Position numbers and translations under genes: made by a program. The notes under the pieces were generated by a model. That model was not told the DNA's origin, searched no databases, and saw only the letters and a list, made by a program, of their open reading frames with translations. 64,000 bases of DNA from Schmidtea polychroa (Eukaryota): the NCBI GenBank assembly GCA_044892525.1, contig CM097887.1, positions 128,132,397 to 128,196,396 on the forward strand, given 5' to 3'. Positions 13,101-24,433 of the stretch are shown here, piece by piece; the stretch's first letter is position 1; every line of letters starts with the position of its first letter.

Positions 13101-16100
13101 AAATTTTCTATTGTAAATTTTCAGTAATAAACTCTATCGTGATTGCAAAGTATATAAGCATTTGGTTAGATAATAATTATAATTTTACTGCTACTAATAA
13201 TAATAATAATAATATCAGGCGCTAATAATTATCAATCATTATAGTATTTGTCTGTTTGTTTTCATCCAAACTTCATTATATAATCACAATTATTATTATT
13301 ATTGTTAGATTAACTATCAGAAACTTATTTAATTTATTATTGATTCAAGTAAAACATTTTCCAACATTGAAGGTTTTTATCCGAGAACATGACCGTTTTG
13401 TTTCTCACTTAACTGGTTAATATCTTATTGCATTGTATTATTTCAATATTTTTAGGAGTTCATCATTAATTTGAATATATTTGAATATGATTTATTTGAT
13501 GTATTTAAATATTTTACTAAATTTCAATTACTAATTAAATTTCCGTTTTGAATTTATTTTAGTATCATAATTACAATATTCCATTATAATGAATCAGTTG
13601 ACATCCACTTATTTTTAATTGCTACATTATTTCTTAAATAATTATTGATAAATCGATCATTTGTTATTGAAATCTACGGAAAATCCATTCTTTATCGGAA
13701 TTGTAAAATCGTCTACTGATAATATTTCGACTAGTTAACTGCTTAAGTTGTTACACAAGCCATTTGATTGCAATTATAGTAGACTCTCGATCACCATAGT
13801 CCCTTTGGGTCCGAAATTTTTGATTTCCTGTCCAGTCCCGTAATTTTACTGAAAATCAAAAATTTTTGAATTCACATAAAAGTGTGAACATTTATAAACT
13901 TAAAAAAAAAATTATTGATTAAAAAATGTAGGGCTTGGTTATTTCACATTTGAAGATTTTCTTTACAAAGAATTACTTTTCTTGTTGAACAAACAAAAAC
14001 TCTACAAAAAAATTACAAAAATTAACGTTTTATTTACTTTTAAAAAAAATCCGTGATTTTCTGTCGTCTTTTAGACATGTTATATTTTTTAAAGACAATA
14101 TCATGTTGATTTCGAAGAAATAATATGTCAATATACTTTTACTCAAGATATCTGATAGCCCTTTCGAAATTTTTGTCCCTTCATGCAATATTCTTAATTA
14201 CTTTTCAACCGTGTTGTTCCTTTTTCAATAAATTCATCACATTAATACTTGATTGAGTTGTGCAATTTCAATTATCTTTTCATTAGTTAATATTTCATTT
14301 CAGTTATATCATCAGTGTTATATTAATGAAAGTGTTTGTTAATTTCGTGGATGTTAAGAGAAAATAGATGAGCCCGAAAGGGTCACCGATAAAAAAAATG
14401 TGTCGGGACAATCGGGGTGTGTGTTGTGTAATGTAAATCAAAGTAAATTAATATATAACAATAATGGTTACAGTACTAAAACTTTTATTTAACAAAACAA
14501 CTAAATAATAATACTTTAGAAATTACTACTTCGTTTCCAAGATTAATTCCGAAATTAATATTCAATGTTGCCAATAATGTTTTTGACTACTGAAAGCGAC
14601 TATTGGAGCAGGAAGATATTCACTGAAATTTGAATAGTATTTAATTTCCTTGTAGAGACAATTAAAATTTATGAGTCGTAGTAGCTTCGTTGTTTCTTTT
14701 TTCGAGGGACGGTTTTATTCTAAATTAGCTTTTAGCTTCTTCGGTTGTATAAATTTTTATCGATTTTTTTTAAAATTTATTTTTTGTAATTTTCTAGTGA
14801 TAATTTACTATGGTAAATTATCACTATATAGTTTATTTTTTTAAAAGTAAAATAAAAAATCTTCTCCACGCGCAACATGCAGAATTGTTATTTACATTCA
14901 TACCAAACGATTAACAGAACCAAAAAAATAAAGAATTTCAATACATTACAATCAGCATATATCATCCTTGAATTTCATTTATTATCGTATGATCCGTCGT
15001 AAAAATTTAATTAAATTCTTTTTGGATTATTGTAATTTCATTTTAATTTATTTCTGACGCAAATATATAATTTTAAATCTATAAAATTTTTAATTTCTTC
15101 AAAATAAATATTTTTGAAAATTCAAAAATAGAAGAATAATATCGAATGGATTATCGAATAATTAAATGTCGAATAACCGGATTCAGTTAAAATCGTTAAA
15201 AATTCGAATATTTATTGTGTAAAATCAAATTTGTTATTTTTTGAGTCGTACGAAGTGAGATTCGCAACCAAATTAAAGTAGTGATTTTCATCAAGTTTAT
15301 AATGCTTTAAATTTATAAAATACGAAATTTTATTACTGTGAATTGAAACTACTGAGCGATTTTTGTGGTTTTTCCCACTTTTTCGTAATTTTTGATACGA
15401 AACATTTTTCATTGATTTTTATTGTTTATATTTTTTTAATCCCAATTAATTTTTAACAATATATGTTTTAATTAGATAAAATATTAAATGGTTTATATTA
15501 ACTTCATAGGATGTTAGTGTCCCAATAGAGACAACAACTGAATGCTTAGCAACTATGGCTAAAATCTGTCGTGGAATCGTTGCTAATCCTGAATTGTACC
15601 ATAGACTTATAACACCCCCAGATACAGTTATGTTGTGTTTACGAGTTATGACTGCAGTCATTATTATTTACGATTTATTGGATCCTAATGGAGTTTTTAA
15701 AAAAACCTCTAAAATTGATGTAAATTTTGGAATTTTGTGGATTAGTTTGTTTATTTTTTCTTCCCCCCTCTTTAGATTAAAGCTTGTCTCAAAATATTAA
15801 AAGAACATGGTCTGCCTCAAACCTCTACTTTATTCAGTGCTATTAGGTAAATTTTTATGTATAAATTATCCAAATATATGATTTGAAAAGTACATAATAT
15901 ATTAAATTATAAAGAAAGTTTTTCAACAGCGAATTAGAGTTAACTATCCCTTTAAATACCAGCGTAAATGGGTTCAGAGCGATTTTCTCCGAAAGTATAA
16001 GGCACAGATCAAAAGTTTTTACATCATTATTTAGAATTTTAATAACGAACATTTTGAGATATAAAAAATTTTGTGTTACAATTTTATAAACAGGACCTTT

Positions 16101-19100
16101 TCAAAGTGAAATTAAACATTGAAGTTGAAGGGAAAAAAATCATGAAACATAAATTGTTTGATAGAACACTATCGATCATATATGTGTAGAAAAACTTCAT
16201 AGAAAATCTATAGGAAGTTTTTTTCTTATAAATTTGAATAATTTAGAAATATCCGAACCAAATTTGTAAACGTCCATGCTGTTTCATCTTTACAAGATGA
16301 AAAATACAAAATTTAGCTTTTAGAACTTTTCTAGAAAATTTTAGAATGTTCTGGAAGAAAAAATTTGATATAAAAATAGCAGTCAATAAATCATTTATCA
16401 AAGAAAAAAGGATTTTTCAACTTTTTTAAATGTGTAAAATATGTTTGTCATGAAGTAATCTTCCAAATAAATTTACTTTGGTTGCAAAGAAAATTCGAGA
16501 CTGAAAGGGTTAAGCTTATTACCTAAACTGCCTGGAATCCTTTAATTGTGAATTTATATTATAAACATAGTTAACTGTAATAATTAACTATAAATAGTTA
16601 ACTATAAACTTTATAGTGATTGTTTATAACTGATTATTAGAATTTATTTATATTTTGTAAAATGAGAATTTAATTTAGAAGTAATTTTAATTAATTAATT
16701 GAAAAAAGTCTACGTATAATTTGCGACTTATGTACGTGAAAATGCGGTATATAAAATTCCTAAAAGTTTTCTCATTAAAAACCATCATTTTAAAATAAAT
16801 AAAAATTCAAAAATAATTTTTAACTTTTTAAAATAAATGCTCCAAAGTGAGGTGTTTAAAATCATGACATGGAATAGAAAAATCGACTTTTTTAATTTTT
16901 GCCACAAACCGAGGTCCGACTGTAATGAGTTATACCGAATTTACATAAATTGGGATTTGCCGTTCCCTATTAATTATGAGTTCTAGTGTCTGTCTCGTTG
17001 TTTTGTCGTAATTAAATTTGTGTTTCACTTTTATACTCTGCCATCTAATATCACTTACATATAATTCTTTTGATTTCTGCTTCCAGGACATTTCTACAGC
17101 TGTCGAGACATATAATTTTTCATTTTTTCAACTTCATCTGCTTTCTTGAACAATCTGTCAAGATACGAAAACATTGTGTTTCCTTTTTAAATTGTACTTG
17201 TTATTTAAGAACGACCATGTCGTATTTCATTGTTTAATTTATATTGATTTTGTTATTTTTCATATTTTCAATTCCTTTTTCTCACCACCTACTTCTAAGA
17301 ATTCTAGAACAATAACATCCTCTATTTCATATATTTCCCCATCTAATCGTTTTATTAATTTAACAACTATTTAGGTATTCACAACAATTTTAATTTTCAT
17401 TCATAAATGTTTATATATATATTTTTTATATATATTTTTTTATATATATTTTAATTATAATTTATTATTTACATTGAAAATATTTTTTTATTACCTTAAC
17501 TCCTTTACCGTTTTATTTTTTTTAGAATTGCATGTTAATTCTGTCACTTAAATTTGAGAACCTGAAAAAACAATTTGGTACTAATGTACTTATTTCGTCC
17601 TATTCGCATTTGTAATTTTATGTTTAACACAATGAATTAGATTAGTTATATTTAGATAAGACCGTGTATAATGCGAGATTGATAAAAGTTTGTAAAATGT
17701 ACATAAAATTAGGTTTTTGGGACCTTCTCTTGATATATGACGCCACCTGCCTTCAGCACTGTGAAGAGAATTCTAATAAGTCTGATAATCATGCCTAAAT
17801 GTTGCTATATGAATTAGAACGGGTCAGCGGGAAAGGGGTTAAGGACTAAATAAATTCAAATTTTAAGTCTCAAAGAAATAAACCAAATCAATTATCAAAA
17901 ATTATGAAACACTGTAAATTTTTTGATTCCATGAGAGAATCAAAATATAAGTTTATTATGAAAATTGCTATGAAAAAAACTAACATTTTCTAAAAATTAG
18001 TCATAGAAATACAAATTACAGATTTATAGTAAAGTTTATACATAAATAAAAGGCTGAAATTCAAACTATTATTAGATCGCTTGCGGACACTCTGGCTTAG
18101 TTTGAAATTCGCGATTTGTGTAAATCGTCACAAATTATAATTGTTAATTATAATTGTTATATTCTTGTCTATGCGTAATAAATATCTTTGCATCGTCCAT
18201 TATTTACAGGAATATTCTATCCTGTTTATAAATGAAAATTTCGCATAATTGAATAATTTTTTATCACATTGTGTTATAATTATCATAGTAAAATCTATAA
18301 TTATTGCAAGATTGAAGGTATTTCACACATCGGTTTGAAGTGAACATATTTTTGTAAATCTTTAAATTTTTATTTATAGTTGCTGTAGCAAAATTTCACG
18401 GTAAAATTTGTAACCAAACCCTTAAATGTTTGTTATTCTAAAATAGTTAATGATAGTTAAAGCAAGATTTTCGTGTAATTTTGGACTTTGTTTTAACTTA
18501 TTGAAAGAGTTTGAACTTTGACTTTAATCACAAATCACGTGTGAGTAATCAATAAACATGGGAAAATGAAATTTTAATATTCTACTAGTGTACATAATTT
18601 ATAAAAACTGCACTAACATTACTAAAAAGTACAATTTCAGTATTTCCCAGTATTTTCCCACCTTTACGCATTTAACAGCTTGGTAGTTTAAATTAAAATC
18701 ATGAAATATTGAAGTAATTGCCATATAATAATAGCATTACAAGGAAATATATGGATGTAGAATTAGAAACCAAATTTCTTACAGAAATAATTGATTTATT
18801 TGACTTAGCACTTTGATTGATATTTCAACTGCCAAATTACTGAGTATAATGAAAAAATATTTTTAAACACTAAAATAATTAGTAAATTATACAGTATAAT
18901 ATTGTATAATAAATTTTTGCTGCAAATTTAAAGTTTTGTAAAAACAAAATGAGAATTTTCGATTATGAACAGCTGCTGTTCTGTATTTTTACACTAAGGG
19001 GCATTTTATAGGATTTGTTTGGACATCTAATTGCATAACTTTTGGTAAATATATTGCTCGGTTGCCAACAGCACATTTAATGAACTGTAATAATTAGCTT

Positions 19101-20365
19101 AATACTGTTTATTCATGCTTTATAGAGTCCACTTCTTAGTGTTTATAGAGTTAGTCTAAGGTTTTATTTGCTTATTTTACGTGAAGAACCAGCGAGTTGC
19201 GCAATATGGCACATGCATTCAATAATTTTATAGTGACATTCGTTCGAAATCATACGGTTAGCTTTTTTGCGATAGTTCTTCAAGTTAAATTAAAAGTTTT
19301 CACAAATCATTGAACTTTTATGTGTGTATTTTGTATTGGCTATTTTTCGTGACTTGTTATCGTTATTGTAATAAAAAAGGTGGGCAATAATTTTTTTATA
19401 AACACTTGTTAATAAAACGATAATTTTGTGTTTATCCTCTCAGTATTCATATTTATATGTGGTCCGTTACAAAAATTTTAATTTTGCAGTTGGTCCTTTG
19501 TAAAAAAACGGTCGTTCATCCCTTATCTAAAGAATTAAAATATTCTGATAATAAAATGATACATACAAAACTCTTTTGTTACATAGTAGATACGGTCCTT
19601 AAAACTTCGTTTATAAGATAAGTTTCTATAGTAAAATTGAGGATACGTTACATGTTATCCGAAAACCGTGTAAGATGAAATAAAATAATTATATTTAGTT
19701 GAAAAACCATATTAAAAAAAATGCTGAAAACTGTAAAAATTCTGATATGCATACGAATGATATAAAATGTTATTGAGTAATAAAATTTAAAATACATAAT
19801 TGATAGATAAAAATAAGTAGCTCAAGCATAAAAAGAAAACTGTGAATCCATAATTGATAACGCAATAATGTTTTGAACCGTCGAACTACTTTCAGAAAGA
19901 TCTTGCACTGTTGACTTTTTTATTATGTCTGTTATAGGCAGTTGAACTTTTGGTTTTATAAGCTTTTAATACAGCTCTTGATACCCAACGAAACAATTCT
20001 TCATATCTCTTGAATTTTATGGCACGTTCCATGTTTGAATAAATTTTTATAAAAATATTCACTATGCATTTCAAAAATGCTAGACAATGACTTTGAAATC
20101 ATGTAAAAAAGAGTTGTATGCACATAATTTTGTTGAAAGAGATCGTTATCCTTTTGGGTTCGTCTTTGATAAATCATGGATATAAATTTATCAATTCTAA
20201 CTTAGATTATTCGTTTCAAATAATTGTTATGAATGGAAAAATATTTATAAATAAATCAAGTTAATTTATATATTTATATTTTTTTCAAGATTTTCAACAG
20301 TTCATTTTAATGACGAGTCAACTCCAAAAACAATCAAGGCGCTAATAATTGAAGCTACAGCGTAA
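3669..20365 (+). CDS. CYRI (FAM49): CYRI / FAM49 (CYFIP-related Rac1 interactor, DUF1394), 8 exons, 333 aa
   Basis: Exons 3669-3747, 3788-4015, 4057-4193, 4242-4316, 10461-10586, 15510-15719, 15776-15846, 20290-20365. All introns are GT-AG, phase-consistent and total 1002 nt. Translation MGNILKLL..VFIDFENCQPTE..AWNEVVPL..FDSLKMMSPSIQNDLSYYRR..NMSLFYAESTPMLK..CLRVMTAVIIIYD..KTSKIDIKACLKILK..RFSTVHFNDEST matches the FAM49 family along its length. Confidence 0.96.
4683..5094. other. Assembly gap (N run)
   Basis: About 412 consecutive N inside CYRI intron 4. Confidence 0.99.
5609..6137. mobile_element. TA-target (Tc1/mariner-type) MITE
   Basis: Inverted termini TAAGGTACACCAATTTTGCG(C/T)TTAGG match at 24/25 nt, with weaker similarity for about 20 nt more. 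Flanked by TA on both sides. Contains hAT-MITE-like ends (TAGTGGTAGGCAAA about 5660; TTTGTTCATCACTG ending 6066). Confidence 0.75.
6135..6542 (-). CDS. Signal peptide + MANEC/MANSC (8-Cys) domain protein, nested antisense in CYRI intron 4; possibly truncated
   Basis: 135-aa ORF: hydrophobic N-terminus MILKLFTLLILLNFITS, then C...CIKYCCDYKQCDAVLFNTTHCKIIHCENPSLCQP (8 Cys, spacing like KIAA0319/MANSC1 N-termini), then a Thr/Pro-rich linker. Confidence 0.75.
   Translation of the reverse strand: MILKLFTLLILLNFITSNKEEVCKDINSSDDRYSQIVLLNHFPFGLVNKTNIIQKIIMLDEWDECIKYCCDYKQCDAVLFNTTHCKIIHCENPSLCQPEKKKTEELFGVFSNNGQRNDSIAKSPERTTPTTTLAI
7405..7689. mobile_element. hAT-type MITE
   Basis: Termini CAGTGTTTC ... 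GAAACACTG. TSD CTGTAAAC / TTGTAAAC (1 mismatch). Confidence 0.85.
8240..9965 (-). mobile_element. IS630/Tc1-family (DD34E) transposon, transposase pseudogene
   Basis: Minus frames give an HTH (KSPKTISSELEMNYKTVASVINLY), FNYSFKR, LVFIDEKG, VFVMDNCSIY...LLP*SSQLNPIEETFS (34 residues between D and E), ending at 8387, with frameshifts and stops. Inverted 21-bp subterminal repeats lie at 8240-8290 and 9900-9961. Exact ends are uncertain. Confidence 0.88.
9369..9735. mobile_element. hAT-type MITE inserted at the 5' end of the Tc1 transposase
   Basis: Termini CAGGGGTTCTTAACC ... GGTTAAGAACCACTG. No clear TSD. Confidence 0.75.
10086..10133. repeat. (TA)n microsatellite
   Basis: About 24 perfect TA units. 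Confidence 0.97.
11184..11862. mobile_element. hAT-type MITE
   Basis: Left end CAGTGACGTAGC, degenerate right end. TSD TATTGGAC / TATTGGGC (1 mismatch). Confidence 0.65.
17500..17838. mobile_element. piggyBac-like (TTAA) MITE
   Basis: TTAA-CTCCTTTACCG ... CGGGAAAGGGG-TTAA. Imperfect inverted ends, both flanked by TTAA. Confidence 0.5.
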
Positions 20366-21841
20366 AATATATTAAAAGTCATATATATTTGCTCAATTAT
20401 CTTATGAGATTTCGCATATGTTCTTCCTATTGATATTTTCTTCAGGAATTTTTTAATGTTTATAATTTGATAATAATTGTTGGATTTTTCTAGAAAATTG
20501 AAAAATTTTAATTTTACAAAATGATATAATTCAACCATAATTTTTGTCTCGAAATTTTGTATATTTATTAACTAAATCATTTGGTTTATTTGGTTTATTG
20601 TATTAGCTGATTTAAAATTTTATAATTGCATGATTTTGTTTATTAATTTTTAATTTGATTTTGTCTAGATTTTCCACTATATTTTTAAATAAAGATTGAT
20701 TGTTATTTTTTTTCTTGGTTGGTTTTGATTATATTTTATCAAAAAAAGATGGGAACCAAACAATATATAACACAATTATTTTTGTATTAAAATTTTAATA
20801 TTGTCAATATATTCTCTTCTTTTCCTCATTGATGCGGATTTATGTTCTAAAACAATTGAAAAGACGGTCGAAAATTCGTGTCAATTAAATACAAATAATT
20901 ATCTGGTTTAGAAAGAAAGAAGATAAAAGAAAGTGATAATATTAAATAGTTATTCGAAACTATTAGTTTAATATATCAGAGAAAATTTCATTTGTTACAA
21001 AGAATTTTAATTCATCTCGCTTGGGAACGTTGACTAGTTAATAAATATTGTAAAAGTTTTATTGTTAAAAACCTAGCACAAAATTTATTATGGAATAAAT
21101 TCTTATAGTAAACAATTGCAATTATTTCACACCTATTTATAAATGTATTGGCATTGTGATTTTATCTAAATATTCATTTTCATTTATATAATTAATTTAT
21201 TCAAATTAGTGATGAGTTTTTATATAGAATCGTGAGAATTTTTAGGTATATAATGTGACAATAATTTATTTCTACTTTATGTATTTTTATGTTTGCAAAA
21301 TTTTTATTGATTTATATTTTTGTTTTGCTACATTTAATTTGACTGAAATATGTTACCCTAACAAAAATATCATTGAAGCCTTTTATCTTTATCATTTTAT
21401 CCATATGTTAAAATGAAAACAATATATTGATCTATAGCATTCTTAACCAACCTGCAGCTCTAAACAAGGTCGAAAAACATCTTTACTACCGTTTAATTTT
21501 TAAAAATAAACTCCACAAGAATTTTAAATTATTGTATTAGTTTCCATATACTTTTTGTTATTTAATTGTTTTGTATGCAATTGCGATGTTTTACGATTTA
21601 TTTTAACCTCTTAACGGTTGAATACCTGAAAACCGATCTAAAAACCATTTTTTATCTCAATGTATTTGGAGCAGTATACTCGGGATATGCCAAATTTGCT
21701 TTTTGTTATTGCCCGAGTACACTCGGGTGAGACTGTTAAGTGGTAAAAAGTTTGTGCGTTTAACTTTTTTCAACCAATCACTGGATTTTAGTTTTACTGT
21801 GCAGTACATCGACATAGTCTCTAACGTACGAAATACTTTTA

Positions 21842-22900
21842 TAGCAAAACCTCGATTATCCGGACTAATTGGGGATGAAGGTAGTCCGGATAATCGAAAA
21901 AATCATAATTGACAGGGAAATACGAATACATTCAATATGAATAATTTTTATTTGTCTACATTTACATATATCTTCAATAATAAATTATTCTTTATTTAGA
22001 AATTCAATTATGGATTTTGGCTTAAAGTTAGCTGTTCTTTTTGAAGCTGACAAATCGCGAATACTTTTAAGACTCATAAGTTGACTTGAGTTACATTCTT
22101 TTTGGCTCTTAAATCACTTCATGGCGACATCTGAGCACTGAAAAGCTTCAGAATGTGTAGGACCGATATCCCCTCGCAAATCTTGTTCCACTGAGACTGA
22201 TATTTCTTTAATTATTTCTTCATCATTCGAAATTTGGAATCCAGGATCGTTCACATCGCAATTTAATCACTTCGTCACATTCACCACATATTGAAAGTTG
22301 TACTATTGCTCCCGTAATGTCTTGAAAATCACTTGTTACTGCGTTATTGGAACATACTAGTGGTCTTTTCAAAGTTTTGTTGACACTTCTAAAGAATTCC
22401 AATTTTCTGTTCCTATGTAATAACAGTCTTAAATTTATTTTCATATGAAAACGGATAACTGTTTCTTCATTAGTTTCGTCTGCTAGCAATAGTCGTCGAA
22501 GACATGGCATTTGGCGGAAAAAAATTTACCATAAACATTTCATCGATCTAATTCAAACATTCTATATATGGGTGCATTATCTTGTAATAATAATGTTTTT
22601 CGCTTTTTATCTATAGAGTTGATATTTCTTCACTTCTGGAATGAGCTGTTTTTCATACCATCGTTTAAAAATTTCCCCATTCATCCAGGCTTCTATTTTC
22701 TAACAATAAAGAATTAGTAAACTTCATATTTTTTCACTTTGTTTTTTATATCGCCGATATATCAATATCGGAGATCGTTGACGTTTCAACACCATATTTA
22801 TGAGACAAAAAATGTCTCGAGACCCAGCAATTTTGTCTAATTTGTCTTTTAATGAAACATGTTTTCTTTTCCATATTGAGCATATTAAAAAATATATTTA
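21842..22900 (-). mobile_element. pogo/Tigger transposon remnant
   Basis: Terminus TA-TAGCAAAACCTCGATTATCCGGA with an internal CGATTATCCGGACT/AGTCCGGATAATCG inverted repeat. Minus frames give NGEFLKRWYEKQLIPEVK and the C-terminal GPTHSEAFQCSDVAMKWFKSQKECNSSQLMSLKSIRDL typical of Tigger transposases. Many stops. Confidence 0.75.
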
Positions 22901-22958
22901 AATCGTCATCAAATTTTCAAGAAATATCTGTCGAGTACTGAATTTGGATTAGTACTGA

Positions 22959-23400
22959 CTAATTTTCTAATGAGTTATTTATTGTAGTAATGCTGGGTGA
23001 TATTTGTAACTCTTCCGACAGCTTTTGTTTTAAAACACGTAAGGAAACACTTACATCTTGTCTAATTGCATTTGTAATTACTTGATATGCATTTTCGTTG
23101 ATTATTTTAGGGCGTACTGGTCTAGTCTCTAATTGTCTAACGCGTCCCGTGACTTTATAAAGTCTTATGACCAATGCTACGGTATTTTCATTCAGTTCGA
23201 GCTCTTCGCTTATTTTTCTAGGACCTTTCCCACAATCTTACTTTCTCATTATATTCTCACGAATTACATTCTCAAGCTGTTTCTTTCTTTTCACCATTAG
23301 GGTAAAAATTAAATATTAATTTAAAATAAAAATCGTTAATTTGAATTGGAAAGTCGTTAATTTGAGTTGGAAAGTCGTTAATTTGAGTTGAAAACCCAGT
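22959..23400 (-). mobile_element. IS630/Tc1 5' fragment (HTH)
   Basis: GKGPRKISEELELNENTVALVIRLYKVTGRV...IRQDVSVSLRVLKQKLSEELQISPSITTINNSL resembles the HTH at 9169-9360. Three 21-bp subterminal repeats (GTCGTTAATTTGAGTTGGAAA) at about 23333-23395. Confidence 0.75.
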
Positions 23401-23766
23401 ATTTGAAATATTTCGATCATTTTACACTTCGTATTTCTGTATTTTTTTTACTGTATTTAATTTTATTTGGGAATTTAAGAAAACAAATAACCCGATTTTT
23501 TATGAAACCATAATTCATTTTAAAATTTTGAATACTTTTATCTACTTTCTTATTAATTCAGAATTTGTTTTAATAATATTGCAAATTTATAATAATTTAA
23601 TTTTGACTTACATCAATTAATAATTTCATAAATGAGTTTTTACTAATTATTAATCCATTTTGGAATAAGTGCTTGTTTTATTTTTAATAAATAATTATCT
23701 ATTTCAATTTATGATAATCTTTAACTTTCTTTTAGATTGTTTAACTCTTAGTGTGAATATATAATT

Positions 23767-24411
23767 ATGTTAGACAATACTATTAATGAGGAATTGAGAG
23801 AAGCATGTTGTACTGGTGACTCTGACACTTTCCAAAAACTTATACAATTGGGAGCTCAAATAAATAGTAAAAATTCTATTAATGGAATGACCGCATTGCA
23901 TTGGGCTGCTATAAGAAACCACCAATTAATGGTTACTTTATGCCTCAAATTTGGAGCTGATCCCACTTTAACTAGGTATGATGGGAAATTGGCTAGTGAT
24001 TTAACCAATAATGAGAAAATAAGAAATGCATTAGGAGTGATTAACAATGAAAGTTCTTTTAATGGTAACATTAATAATATGGAATACATTCCAAACTATT
24101 TAAAATATCCGATATTTCCTCATTTAATCAAAAACTCAGAAATTCCCAATATTCCATCTGTAAATAATCAAAACGATAATATTGTAATAAAATTAAGATT
24201 AAAAAGTGATTTTGATTTTATTGAATATGAATTTTTAAAAAGTTCAACGTTCGAAAATTTTAAGTTGGATATTGCAAACGAATTTAATATCAAAGAAAAT
24301 GAAACTATTAAAATAATTAGAAAACTGCCAAATATTCTTATTCGCAATGACAAGGATTTACAAAGATTGAAAGAAGGAAATGAACTGGAAATTGAACTGT
24401 TTGATAAATAA
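23767..24411 (+). CDS. ANKRD40: Ankyrin repeat domain-containing protein 40-like, single exon, 214 aa
   Basis: N-terminal ankyrin repeats (EELREACCTGD...INSKNSINGMTALHWAAIRNH..LKFGADP), the FIPNYL-like motif YIPNYLKYP, and the C-terminal DFIEYE...IRKLPNILIRNDKDLQRLKEGNELEI characteristic of ANKRD40. Confidence 0.9.
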   Translation: MLDNTINEELREACCTGDSDTFQKLIQLGAQINSKNSINGMTALHWAAIRNHQLMVTLCLKFGADPTLTRYDGKLASDLTNNEKIRNALGVINNESSFNGNINNMEYIPNYLKYPIFPHLIKNSEIPNIPSVNNQNDNIVIKLRLKSDFDFIEYEFLKSSTFENFKLDIANEFNIKENETIKIIRKLPNILIRNDKDLQRLKEGNELEIELFDK

Positions 24412-24433
24412 ATCTGTAACTTTTTAAATTCAT

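Noticed and set aside
19892-20074. 60-aa minus ORF in the last CYRI intron
   Set aside because: No recognisable motif, clear start or splice context.
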